This document shows positions 35,909-45,613 of a stretch of DNA of 64,000 bases, in pieces (within the stretch, counting starts at the first letter, position 1; each line of letters starts with the position of its first letter). The stretch comes from Candidatus Poribacteria bacterium. GTDB lineage: Bacteria > Poribacteria > WGA-4E > WGA-3G. The DNA lies in NCBI GenBank assembly GCA_964291315.2, contig OZ219753.1, forward strand, positions 928,001-992,000, written 5' to 3'. The position numbers and the translations under genes were made by a program. The notes under the pieces are model-generated. The model ran no database searches, was not told the DNA's origin, and was given only the letters and a program-made list of their open reading frames with translations.

Positions 35909-36628
35909 TTACTTGGTGCGTCTAATCCGGGCCCATGTTGTTGCAAGTTTCCCGATGGATTCAACCTCTGCGGGATCCTCCATCACAAATTCCTCAGGGG
36001 CCTTCTGATGGTCAGAAAGGCGCAATCCGTCAACGACACAGTTCGTCGGAAATTTTGGATCCGGTGGAGAAGCGTTATTAATCTCAAAGGTTTCCGCGAA
36101 CACGGTAGGTCCTTTTTTGAAAGGGGCATCCCCTTCGAGTTTGCCATCTAGATAGAGTTTCAAACCGTCTGGTCCCCAAGTGCCTGCCATGTGATGATGC
36201 TCTCCGCTTTTCCATTTCAGTGCTGCGCTGTCTGCGTTATGCCATGCACCGGCGCTTTTAATCCTCATTCGGGCGATCCCACCGGTGTCGAATTGTAGAA
36301 ATATGGCGTCGGTTCCGCGTTTGTAAGTCATGAACATGAAAAGTTCACTCTCGATCTCCGCGGTGTCCAAGCCCATCGTTACCCATAACTCGACACTCCC
36401 TTCGTCAAGGTTGACAAGGTGTCCATCCACTGGAAAGTGGATAACGTCGCCTACTTCTTCGCTCACAAACCCGTTGCCGTATTTCCCTGGTTTGAAGCTT
36501 CCTCCGTCAACAGTGGCTCCCTCCTTTTCAACTTCCGCTTTGCTCTCCAACGCAGAAAAGAAAGTTTCCTCTGCCATAGCCGTAGAAACACAAAGCAGCG
36601 TAATTGTCAAAAAGTACAGTGCTCTCAT
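35909..36628 (-). CDS. Secreted LamG/concanavalin-A-like domain protein
   Basis: Signal peptide, GSVELW, HHMAGTW, LYLDGK, C-terminal VESIGKLATTWARIR. Confidence 0.85.
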   Translation of the reverse strand: MRALYFLTITLLCVSTAMAEETFFSALESKAEVEKEGATVDGGSFKPGKYGNGFVSEEVGDVIHFPVDGHLVNLDEGSVELWVTMGLDTAEIESELFMFMTYKRGTDAIFLQFDTGGIARMRIKSAGAWHNADSAALKWKSGEHHHMAGTWGPDGLKLYLDGKLEGDAPFKKGPTVFAETFEINNASPPDPKFPTNCVVDGLRLSDHQKAPEEFVMEDPAEVESIGKLATTWARIRRTK

Positions 36629-36746
36629 AATATTTTCTCCTTTTTCTCAATAAAGTTTATGGACTCTTTCGGTTTTTGGCGTGTTGATCCGATGTAAGTA
36701 CCCCGTAAAAAAATTAGAGGCCGCGTTTATGCCTGTCCTCTCTCTA

Positions 36747-38024
36747 TTATTCTGATTTGAGTTTAGTAACGAGATATTCTTGTCCGCGGTTACCCTTTAC
36801 GCGATTGCAGTGTCCGCAAAGCAGCTGGAGATTGGAGGTATGATCAGTGCCTCCGACGGATTTGGCAATGATATGGTCAATTTCAAGGTGTTGTTCTTGG
36901 AAATGCTCTTTGCATCCGCTGCAATATCCTTTCTGCTTGCCATATAGCGCTGTTCTGTTTTCCGGTCTGTTGTAGCGTGGGAGCTTACCTAGATCTGTGC
37001 GTTTGGGAATATCTGTTCGGTGAATAATCTTCTGGAACAGGCCTTGCTCGTTTTTTATGCGTCTGACGACTAGCTCTGCGGCTTTCGGGCTGATGTCAAT
37101 ACCTATCCAGTTGCGCTGCAGTCTATCTGCTGCTACGCAAGTTGTTGCGCAGCCACAGAAGGGGTCAAAGACAACGTCGCCTGTGTTGCTGGATGCCTTG
37201 ATGATGCGTTCTAATAACTTAAGCGGTTTCTGTGTCGGATAGCCTGTCTTTTCTGCGGATCTTGGCCCAACAATAGACATGTTCCATATATCATCTATTG
37301 CGGGGCCTGGGGGTTGTTCGGGTTGTTGGACATCGTAAATTTTTCTTCCTTCTTGTTGCCACATAGGTAATTTAGCGATCACTTTGGGGTTGGATCTGTC
37401 ATAGATCGAAACGATTTTTTTTCCACCGCTTGATTTTGTGTTGTATCCACGTTGTTGTATCTGCTTCTGATTTTCTGTTAAGGCTTTATGATAAAGCTTG
37501 TTAAAGTTGTAATCTTTTGTAGCAGAATACATCAAGATAGTATCGTGATTCTGTTGGAAGTATCGAGCTTTATTCGGAAACTTCTTATAGTGCCACACAA
37601 TCTCGTTCCGAAAGTTCTGCCTTCCGAATACAGCGTCCATCATAATCTTGAGATAATGCGACATAGTTGGATCGCAGTGTAGATAGATAGAGCCTGTATG
37701 AGTGAGGACCCGTTTCATTTCCAGCAACCGCACTGCCATGTAGATGAGATATGCCTTATCGCTGTCTACGATTGCAGCGTGGATAACACGGTTGAGAGCG
37801 GGATGCTTTGTCTCAATGAGGTCGAGCCAGGTGATGTCTACATCGTTGAGCGTCCAGGTATCCTTGAACTCGGCGCCTGCGGCTTGTGAGCCGATGGGGG
37901 CAGCGTAGTTTGCTTTGCTATTGAAAGGTGGATCGAGATAGATGAGATCAACGGATTGAGTGTTCATGCCGCGCATGATCTGTAAGTTGTCGCCGGTGAA
38001 GATGGTTTTTGGTTTGATGTTCAT
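36747..38024 (-). CDS. Beta-class amino-DNA methyltransferase fused to a C-terminal HNH endonuclease
   Basis: DLIYLDPPF, YPTQKP, DPFCGCATT; CSGC...IDHII...NLQLLCGHCN. Confidence 0.9.
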   Translation of the reverse strand: MNIKPKTIFTGDNLQIMRGMNTQSVDLIYLDPPFNSKANYAAPIGSQAAGAEFKDTWTLNDVDITWLDLIETKHPALNRVIHAAIVDSDKAYLIYMAVRLLEMKRVLTHTGSIYLHCDPTMSHYLKIMMDAVFGRQNFRNEIVWHYKKFPNKARYFQQNHDTILMYSATKDYNFNKLYHKALTENQKQIQQRGYNTKSSGGKKIVSIYDRSNPKVIAKLPMWQQEGRKIYDVQQPEQPPGPAIDDIWNMSIVGPRSAEKTGYPTQKPLKLLERIIKASSNTGDVVFDPFCGCATTCVAADRLQRNWIGIDISPKAAELVVRRIKNEQGLFQKIIHRTDIPKRTDLGKLPRYNRPENRTALYGKQKGYCSGCKEHFQEQHLEIDHIIAKSVGGTDHTSNLQLLCGHCNRVKGNRGQEYLVTKLKSE

Positions 38025-38068
38025 AGTGTCCCTTTTTTTATTCATTGGGCTTTGGAGGCATATCGCTG

Positions 38069-38902
38069 TTACGACGCTCTCGCGTCCTGCAACCTCTGCT
38101 GGTCGCGGTTCGGTTTTCTAGAGAGCGCGTAGACATATGGCGATGTTAGCTGCTGATTCGGCACGCGAAGCGCCGCCAATAGGTTGCCTACAACAATATC
38201 GGTTAAGTTAACACATTTGCAAACCACTTCATGTCCCCATTTACCGATAACGGTGCGCCATGGAGAGTAATCGACAACACTTAGCTTGAGGGGGCCGCCC
38301 GTATAGCCGTACGCGGTCACATCAAAACCGGCGGCGTGCAATCTTGTAGCCAGATGCTTGGGTGGAATTACGTTGTGAGTCGCCAAGAGCTTCGGACTTG
38401 CAACGCGGGCTATTGGTGTGTACATCCCGCGCAAATTCGGTGCTATCGTCAGCATCGTCCCCCCGGGTTTGAGAAGATGATACATCTCCTCTAGAATCGC
38501 CCGCGGGTCACTGAAATGCTCTATTAACCCCATGGAGTACACGAAGTCAAACGCTGCGTGCTGCTCTTTGACGTATGTGAACAGGTCTTCACAGATAATT
38601 GTACCTTTTGCGCCTGCAAGTGCAAGGTTGCGTTCAGCGAGTTGACACCCCAATGCTGAAAAATCGACGCCGTAGCAGTCGCTTTCATAGCGCTGGGAAA
38701 GATACGGGAGCCATAACGAATCGGCGCATCCCAACTCAATGAGTGTTGGCTGTTTAAAACCGGAAAGCGCGCGATGGAATAAATCAGCGAGTTGGCGATT
38801 TGCTACATAGATCCAACGCAGATGGCGCACCTTATGCTGTTGAGCGTCCCAAAGCGTTGTCCAATAAGCTTCGTCTGTGAGTGGTGTAAATTTTGCGCCC
38901 AT
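38069..38902 (-). CDS. Class I SAM-dependent methyltransferase
   Basis: LIELGCA, GVDFS, FDFVYSMGLIEHF, LKPGG. Confidence 0.85.
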   Translation of the reverse strand: MGAKFTPLTDEAYWTTLWDAQQHKVRHLRWIYVANRQLADLFHRALSGFKQPTLIELGCADSLWLPYLSQRYESDCYGVDFSALGCQLAERNLALAGAKGTIICEDLFTYVKEQHAAFDFVYSMGLIEHFSDPRAILEEMYHLLKPGGTMLTIAPNLRGMYTPIARVASPKLLATHNVIPPKHLATRLHAAGFDVTAYGYTGGPLKLSVVDYSPWRTVIGKWGHEVVCKCVNLTDIVVGNLLAALRVPNQQLTSPYVYALSRKPNRDQQRLQDARAS

Positions 38903-38903
38903 A

Positions 38904-40394
38904 CTAATTTTCCTCTGATGCAACTGCATCGTGCTCCAAAATAGGACACAAGTCACAGAGCCAATCCGAACAATAGTTTTTGTGGAGGCGAAGAATCCCT
39001 TGCTCAATTTTGGCTGTTGGTTTCAAGTGCCGCAGCTGCTGCGCTTCAGTAAAGATTTGTTCATCAATCTTACGGATAATCTTGTTTCCGGATGACTTTG
39101 GAGCGACACTATATAGGTTTAGAATGGTCTCTTGCAATGTCTGGCTCTCCGATTCAACTGCCCAGATATAGACAACCGGTAAAATTTTATTGACAATAAT
39201 CTCCACTGCTCTCTGATTTCCGATCAGGGCCATCTTGCGGGCAGTGCTTACCCCGAAGGTACTGTGTGTTTCCCAATAGCCCGTCGCTTCAAGCGTCAAC
39301 AACGTTTGTAGTTCCTTCGTAATAGCTTTTTCGGTATCCGTGGATGCGGACTTTTCACATGTGGGCAGAAAATACATCATTAGACTGCCTTGACATTGAC
39401 CTATTAATTGACTCATTGCGGCGATACGTCGGATAGGATGGTTCGCGGGTCTACCGGCGAAACGCCAGTGAGTCTCTCGCATGCGCCGCGGCATCTCTGC
39501 ATATGCGGAAGTTGACCATAACGTCTCTAACGTTCTAATACTCGGATCGCTGGCTGCCTCATCAGAGAGTGGTTTCTCCCGCTGTGACGGTAGGAGTCCG
39601 GCAATTCCAAACAGAATAGCCTGAGTCTCTGCCTCGGATTTCTGATCGAGATCGGCGAAGGGAACGTGCTGTGCTAGCTCGCGCATCGCCTTGCTATTTT
39701 GACTATACCCCAGTGCCTCCATAATGCCCTCATAGAGAATTTGCTCAAAATCGAGCCGCGTTCTTAGAATACGCACGGACTCTGCTTTCTCTAGGAAACG
39801 TTCACGTCCCAAAGACTCAAAAACGCCTTTCAGCGCTTCCATATTCAGCGGTTTGCCTGTGATTCGACAGCTACCCTCGGCTGCTGTTTTTTCTTCGGCA
39901 GTATCGTATAGATCGCCGATGGGTTTGTCGATCCATTTCAGCATCTCCAAAGTTGGAACACGTTTGCCGTTCTGAAGGCGCGTCCGCAAATTGAAGTCAT
40001 CGTTAAAGAAGACGGCGTGGAGAATAACACGATTATACCGCGAATTGAGGTGATGTTTGTGTGCATACCATTCCGAGGAACAGACATGGATCTCAATATC
40101 GCCAATACAGAGCTTGCCATCAATCTCAATCTCGGCATGCATGAAATCGGGTCCCTCATCATGGTTCCAAACGCCGGGTTTTAACACACGGATTGGGCGC
40201 CTGTCAATTGATTCCATATCGGTGTCGAAAAAACGTTGATCATTCCATACCTTCTGTACAGAGGCCTCGTCTATTTTTTTTAAATCCGGCTTGTAGCTCT
40301 CATCGATCTCTCTGAACTGTTTTTTGAACTGTTTAAGGGGCTGTTTAAAGTTAGTTATATCATTCATAAACATTCCTATATTCTTTTTATTCAC
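38904..40394 (-). CDS. DUF2851 family protein
   Basis: PGVWNHDEGPDF, GDIEIH, HHLNSRYNRVILH, RPANHPIRRI, C-terminal CDLCPI. Confidence 0.85.
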   Translation of the reverse strand: MNKKNIGMFMNDITNFKQPLKQFKKQFREIDESYKPDLKKIDEASVQKVWNDQRFFDTDMESIDRRPIRVLKPGVWNHDEGPDFMHAEIEIDGKLCIGDIEIHVCSSEWYAHKHHLNSRYNRVILHAVFFNDDFNLRTRLQNGKRVPTLEMLKWIDKPIGDLYDTAEEKTAAEGSCRITGKPLNMEALKGVFESLGRERFLEKAESVRILRTRLDFEQILYEGIMEALGYSQNSKAMRELAQHVPFADLDQKSEAETQAILFGIAGLLPSQREKPLSDEAASDPSIRTLETLWSTSAYAEMPRRMRETHWRFAGRPANHPIRRIAAMSQLIGQCQGSLMMYFLPTCEKSASTDTEKAITKELQTLLTLEATGYWETHSTFGVSTARKMALIGNQRAVEIIVNKILPVVYIWAVESESQTLQETILNLYSVAPKSSGNKIIRKIDEQIFTEAQQLRHLKPTAKIEQGILRLHKNYCSDWLCDLCPILEHDAVASEEN

Positions 40395-41020
40395 TTCGCC
40401 TCCTGAATTTCGGTCAGGAGTGCTTGCGTCGCGATAGCTGGTTCAGGATGTGCGCACACAGCGGAGATCACAGCAATGCCGTGTGCGCCTGCCCGAATTA
40501 CATCACTGGCGGTTTCTACGCCAATGCCGCCGATGGCGATAACAGGGCATGCCGCGATGTCACACATTCGCTGGAGATGCTCTAGGCCCTTAGCCGTTTC
40601 CGCGTCTGGTTTTGAAGTTGTGCCGTAGATGGGACCGAACCCGATGTAATCAGCGCCTTCTGTAATTGCTTCGAGTATTTTTTCTTCAGTTCGAGCAGAT
40701 GCCCCAATAAGAGCTTCCGGCGGGAAAATCCGTCTCCCGATGGAGACGTGCATATCGTCTTGCCCAAAGTGCGCACCTGCTGCACCGACAGCCAGCGCGA
40801 TGTCTGCTCTGTCATTCACAATCAACGGAATTTTATGCGCCTTACATACTTCCTGCATCTTTTGTGCGGTTGCTATCAATTCGCGAGTTGTGCCGTGTTT
40901 TTGTCGAAATTGCACCGTATCCGCCCCACCTTGAATTGCCAATTCCGCTAGTTCGGCATGTGTGAACTGAGATTGCAGCCTTGTATCCGTGATAACGTGA
41001 AGAACGCCGATATTTTTCAT
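40391..41020 (-). CDS. thiE: Thiamine-phosphate synthase
   Basis: VQFRQK, IVNDRADIA, HFGQDD, GPIYGTTSK, AIGGI. Confidence 0.93.
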   Translation of the reverse strand: MKNIGVLHVITDTRLQSQFTHAELAELAIQGGADTVQFRQKHGTTRELIATAQKMQEVCKAHKIPLIVNDRADIALAVGAAGAHFGQDDMHVSIGRRIFPPEALIGASARTEEKILEAITEGADYIGFGPIYGTTSKPDAETAKGLEHLQRMCDIAACPVIAIGGIGVETASDVIRAGAHGIAVISAVCAHPEPAIATQALLTEIQEAK

Positions 41021-41387
41021 GAAACGTTTTTACTCACTCAATAGGCGAGGTCTCTGGCCTCACCGGTTTTCCGTAACAAAACAACCACATTCATCTACCT
41101 GCTAGCCAACACCATGATGTAAGGCCCCTAAGCACTTCCTGATGATTGATATGAGGACACCTATGAATCGATTACGGAATGCCGCTATAAGACAATTAAC
41201 TTGGCATATTACCTAATATCTGATAAATTAGGGTGCGCAGTTAAGAACGTCTGTTCTGACAATTCATGCCTACGCGGATCTATCTAGGCGGAATATCGGT
41301 TACAGATGCCCCTCTTAACTCATCACGGATAGCTAGCTAACAACGGCTAACTTTATCATTTAGTATATCACATCTAGGAGACACTTT

Positions 41388-42023
41388 GTGAATAATCTGT
41401 TATTTCAATCCGGAGACAAGGTTCTTTTCATCGGAGATAGCATCACAGATTGCGGGCGGCGCGATGCGCACGCGCCCTTAGGGCACGGATATGTCCGCAA
41501 AATAAGCGAGCTCATCACTGCAAAATATCCACAACGGGACATCACTTATGTCAACAAAGGCATTAGCGGCGATATTGTTGAAGGCTTAGAAAAGCGCTGG
41601 GATCCTGATGTTATTGCCGAAAAACCGGATTGGCTCTCCGTTAAGATCGGTATTAACAATGCCGGTCGGCAGCATGCGGAGGGTGTTTCTACGGAAGAAT
41701 ATTTACCTATTTGGGAGGCATGCTACCGCAGAATCCTCACACACACAAAAACCGAACTGGATATCCCTCTTTTTCTGTTTGAAATTTTCTACATTGAGGA
41801 AGACGTTGATATGCCGCGCCCGTTGGCTGTAGATGCGTATAACGAGAGCATTCACAGACTCGCCAAACAGTTTGACGCACGCTTGGTCCGCACAAATGCT
41901 GCGTTTGATCGCGCTGTTGCTGCCCGCCCCGGTGCGCTGTGGACAACGCAAGACGGTGTTCATCCGAACGCTGAGGGACATACCTTAATGACATTAGAAT
42001 TCCTTAAGCGGGCGGAGTGGTAA
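41388..42023 (+). CDS. SGNH/GDSL hydrolase
   Basis: FIGDSIT, GISG, GINN, DGVHPN. Confidence 0.9.
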   Translation: MNNLLFQSGDKVLFIGDSITDCGRRDAHAPLGHGYVRKISELITAKYPQRDITYVNKGISGDIVEGLEKRWDPDVIAEKPDWLSVKIGINNAGRQHAEGVSTEEYLPIWEACYRRILTHTKTELDIPLFLFEIFYIEEDVDMPRPLAVDAYNESIHRLAKQFDARLVRTNAAFDRAVAARPGALWTTQDGVHPNAEGHTLMTLEFLKRAEW

Positions 42024-42062
42024 CTGTTTAGCAAAAACTTCTCTGTTTAGGACAGATGGCTA

Positions 42063-42148
42063 GGGCGCTTTTGTACCATAACTGTTGGGTTGTGCCAGGG
42101 AAGCTCTTTATTCAAAGATGAGCTGCATATTTATCAAGCTTGCGTTAG
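42063..42148. repeat. Dispersed ~85-bp intergenic repeat, copy 2
   Basis: Aligns with 2312-2398. Confidence 0.6.
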
Positions 42149-42158
42149 AATAAAAAAC

Positions 42159-42188
42159 TTGACAGATTAAATAAGTTTGTGGTATCAT
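42159..42188 (+). promoter_or_regulatory. Sigma70-type promoter
   Basis: TTGACA-N18-TATCAT with TGn. Confidence 0.65.
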
Positions 42189-42350
42189 TAACTCGTTGAC
42201 TTGAAAAGCAGGTAAGACGTTAATGATCTGCTTAAAGATGACAAATAATAATGGGCAACCGGCTATGACCGGAAGTTCAGTTTAGTCAATTCCGTCCTCT
42301 CCTTTTGAAAAGGAAGGTGGGAGGGAAACGCAACATAGGAGAATTTTTCA

Positions 42351-42989
42351 ATGAAAACGTATGTGACGATCCCGAAACTTATCATTGCAGTGCTTGCTAT
42401 TGCCGCCTGCGGTTTCACTTTTCACGCTTGGAGTAAGGCGCAGACTAGTTCGAATAGCCCCTCGGCTATATCGGAGCTAGAAGCAGAACTGCAATTCATC
42501 ACCGAGCTTGAGGCGAAACCCACGGAACCCGGCGGCGTGGCGAAACCTCATTCGAAAGTAGTTTTGCAATTTATCACTGAACCTAATGAGAAACCGACGG
42601 AGCCGGGCGAACTAGAACCCGCTCTTGTGCATGCAAGGCAACAGGCCTCCGAGGACAGTCTGCTTCTGCCGTCGGAAAAGCAGCTGACAGCTCCTAAACA
42701 ATCGGTACTGCTTGCGAACTATCCGAACCCGTTCAACCCGGAGACCTGGATTCCCTACGATCTTGCAGATGCGGCTGATGTGAAAGTCTCTATCTATTCA
42801 GTCGATGGCAGTCTGGTCCGGATGCTCTCCTTAGGGCATCAGGCTCCCGGTGTCTACCAGAGCAAGTCGCGTGCAGCGTATTGGGACGGTCGCAATGAAG
42901 CTGGGGAAACTGTTGCAAGCGGTCTCTATTTCTATACGATTGAAGCAGGTTCCTTCACTGCAACCCGTAAAATGTTGATAATGAAGTAG
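42351..42989 (+). CDS. Secreted protein with FlgD-Ig/T9SS-type-A-like C-terminal domain
   Basis: LLANYPNPFNPETWIPY...AAYWDGRN...VASGLYFY...TRKMLIMK. Confidence 0.88.
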   Translation: MKTYVTIPKLIIAVLAIAACGFTFHAWSKAQTSSNSPSAISELEAELQFITELEAKPTEPGGVAKPHSKVVLQFITEPNEKPTEPGELEPALVHARQQASEDSLLLPSEKQLTAPKQSVLLANYPNPFNPETWIPYDLADAADVKVSIYSVDGSLVRMLSLGHQAPGVYQSKSRAAYWDGRNEAGETVASGLYFYTIEAGSFTATRKMLIMK

Positions 42990-43099
42990 TTATCAGCATA
43001 ATGGTGCGAGCTTGAAAATAGGTACAGCGTGATCGGGATACATCTTTATCCAAATATTTGTCAAGCTCGCGCCACCAATAACAGAGGAGAACAAACGAA

Positions 43100-44938
43100 A
43101 TGTTACGGAGTGAAATGAAACTTTTGGTAGTGTTAGGGCTTGTGTGTCTCTTTGCAACCCCCCAGGCTTCCGCGCTTAACATTGTGACGGGAGGTTCCCA
43201 AACGCACCTGCTTAAAGCCAAAACGTTCCTTATCTGGGCGAAAGCTACTGCGGATCCAGCGGTCTCTGCTAATAACGGCATCACGAACGCAGCAACAGGG
43301 AAGGTGTACGGCAGTTGGTCCTCCACAGCTGATCCAAAGTACACCTGGCTTTTCGGTGACCTACGGGATAGACTCGAAGGCGGTCATGGGCTTCTCCTTA
43401 CAGTAAAAGCGCCGTCACAGGCTCAGTTTGATGACAAGTCCAATGAGTATAGCTTGAAACCTAATCCGACAGCGGAGGAGGCGATGAAGCTCAAGCACCA
43501 ACTCGTTATCACCGAAATAATGTGGGGACAGGATACCCCTTCAAGAGCCTTTACCGCAGATAATCCGCAGTGGCTAGAAATCTACAGCCAAGGCGCTATG
43601 AAAAAGAACGATGGCATCGGCCTGCACAATACTAGAAAACTTCCTGACCGTCTAGCGTATCGCCCAGGTGAGCTGTTTGAGCGTGAGGAAGGTGGTATCC
43701 TGAACAAGTATGTCGTTCTGGATCGTGTACACACGGTCGATCGTTTTGGGCAGACTTGGCAGCTGAAAGGCAGCAACGGGAATACCAAAGGCACACCTCC
43801 AACCCCAATGGTCTCTATGTATCGGAAGATCGATCTGGATAGCACAGGGAAGGCGTATGCGTATGAAAATGGAAAGCTGAAGGGACTCGGATACGGGAGT
43901 GAACCCGGTTCCTGGGAGGCTTCTGCGGGCTCGATTAACCTCGAGGGTCAGTACATCGGTTCCCCCGGCAGCGTTCATGTGCCTGTTGTCGCTTCGAATA
44001 AGGTCAAGACTAAAATTGCTAAATTGGAAGAATGGAAAGAGACCATCGTCACAAATAACACCAAAGACGATGTGACCGTGGTCTCCTCGACATGGCACGC
44101 CGCTGAAAACACTGGAAGCGGAGTCCCAGCCGGGTATAAAGTGCGGGGCCACTACTTAATCGAACCCGGGAAATCCCGCGCATTCTATTCTTGGTCAACT
44201 AACAGCATCTATCTCCGTGTCGCAGACGATACAGGTGCGATCAAACCGACGAGTGGCATGACGACGATCCCTTTCTGGATCCATCCAACCTTGAAATTCC
44301 GGGTCGTCTCACAACGTTTTGCGGGTTCTGTCACGGTAGATAACCTCGATGAGGCCGAGCCTTCGAGCGATCAATTGGTGCAGTCGGACGGGTTTATAAG
44401 GTACTTAGGCGGCACTGATGTGACGATCACCCGGGATTGGGTCTATCTGAGTGGAACGGGTATCACTCCCCCGCCTGTCAGCGATGAAGCGCCTCCTTAC
44501 GTTGTCCCGGATTGGACACAGAGCATCGTAAAGAATATGACGACAGAGAAGTTGTATGTGACCTACTCCACACAGAAAGCTGTGGATGAGGCCGAGGGGT
44601 GGCCCGCAGGATACCGGACGCGCGGTTCCTATCGTATCTATCCGGGGCAGTCGATGACGTTTCATTCGTTTGGGAATAACCATATCTATTTCCGTATTAC
44701 AAACAAGGAGAATGCGTTAAAACCGGAGAGCAACACGGAGACGGTGCAATACTGGAGTCACGAGACGTTTTGGCGTAGGTTTCGGTTAGTCTCGACTGCA
44801 TTTGGTCCGATAAAGAGAAGTGATCTGCTCTACTCGTCGTGCCTGAGGAGCAAGTTAGTTCTATCTGATGGTTATATTCAGTATCCAAGCGGTTCTACAG
44901 TGACCGTCACTCCTCAGTGGGTGCCGGTAGCGGATTAG
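43100..44938 (+). CDS. Secreted protein: lamin-tail-like domain + two copies of an unrecognised ~140-aa domain
   Basis: Signal peptide; LVITEIMW...QWLEIY...GSPG; two repeats homologous to the N-terminus of 2420..4816. Confidence 0.8.
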   Translation: MLRSEMKLLVVLGLVCLFATPQASALNIVTGGSQTHLLKAKTFLIWAKATADPAVSANNGITNAATGKVYGSWSSTADPKYTWLFGDLRDRLEGGHGLLLTVKAPSQAQFDDKSNEYSLKPNPTAEEAMKLKHQLVITEIMWGQDTPSRAFTADNPQWLEIYSQGAMKKNDGIGLHNTRKLPDRLAYRPGELFEREEGGILNKYVVLDRVHTVDRFGQTWQLKGSNGNTKGTPPTPMVSMYRKIDLDSTGKAYAYENGKLKGLGYGSEPGSWEASAGSINLEGQYIGSPGSVHVPVVASNKVKTKIAKLEEWKETIVTNNTKDDVTVVSSTWHAAENTGSGVPAGYKVRGHYLIEPGKSRAFYSWSTNSIYLRVADDTGAIKPTSGMTTIPFWIHPTLKFRVVSQRFAGSVTVDNLDEAEPSSDQLVQSDGFIRYLGGTDVTITRDWVYLSGTGITPPPVSDEAPPYVVPDWTQSIVKNMTTEKLYVTYSTQKAVDEAEGWPAGYRTRGSYRIYPGQSMTFHSFGNNHIYFRITNKENALKPESNTETVQYWSHETFWRRFRLVSTAFGPIKRSDLLYSSCLRSKLVLSDGYIQYPSGSTVTVTPQWVPVAD

Positions 44939-45020
44939 GTATTCCGTGGCGAGCGGTTTTGAGAATCCCTCGCCATTTATCCGCTGGGATAAATCGCTGA
45001 AAGGCGCTGAAAATACAAAC

Positions 45021-45070
45021 AAGGGCGTGATAGTCGCTAGGATTCCCCTAACGGATTATCACGCCCTTTT
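45021..45070. terminator. Intrinsic terminator-like hairpin
   Basis: AAGGGCGTGATA/TATCACGCCCTT stem ending in a T run, between convergent genes. Confidence 0.7.
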
Positions 45071-45089
45071 CTATGCAAAAAAAAGACAC

Positions 45090-45584
45090 TCACTCGGTAT
45101 CGATCCGTTTCTGTACCTGCTGTTTGCTAGCGGTCCAAACGTTGTTGCCAATATCAAGCAGTTGCGGGGCGAAACGAGAGTTCTCAATCTCGCTCTTGAA
45201 GCGATCTCCAGCATAGGTGTTAAGCAGAATAAGCACAAAAGCGATTAAAAGCCCGCCTGAGGCAATGCCGAAGCAGAGCCCTAGCAGCCGATTCAACCAC
45301 CCTAAAACCCCCTTCTCAATAACTCGCTGGACGCGTTCGAAGAGGGTATCTACGATAAGAGTGACAACGATAATGAGGGCTACAATGCTTGTCCATTTCG
45401 AAAAAGCCGGGTTTTCTATGAGCTTTTGGATTAAGGGGGCTACGGTAGGCCAAAAATGAAAGGCCGCAGCGAAGCCTGTGATCAGCGCGAATATCCCCCA
45501 TGCGCTCCGAGTAAAACCTGCTCGGTAACAACTCAGGCCGGCTAAGGCAACAAGGATGAGGATACCGATATCTAATTTGGTCAT
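45090..45584 (-). CDS. CvpA family membrane protein
   Basis: LDI...GF, LGWLNRLLGLCFG, ENSRFAP. Confidence 0.85.
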   Translation of the reverse strand: MTKLDIGILILVALAGLSCYRAGFTRSAWGIFALITGFAAAFHFWPTVAPLIQKLIENPAFSKWTSIVALIIVVTLIVDTLFERVQRVIEKGVLGWLNRLLGLCFGIASGGLLIAFVLILLNTYAGDRFKSEIENSRFAPQLLDIGNNVWTASKQQVQKRIDTE

Positions 45585-45613
45585 TGTTTATGAGTGGTTT
45601 GACATCTATGTGC

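Noticed and set aside
41021-41387. TPP riboswitch upstream of thiE
   Set aside because: GCGTAGG occurs on the minus strand, but the conserved CTGAGA and ACCTGA elements were not found.
42240-42335. Riboswitch in the leader of 42351
   Set aside because: Hairpins exist (CCTTTT-G-AAAAGG) but I could not match any known aptamer consensus.
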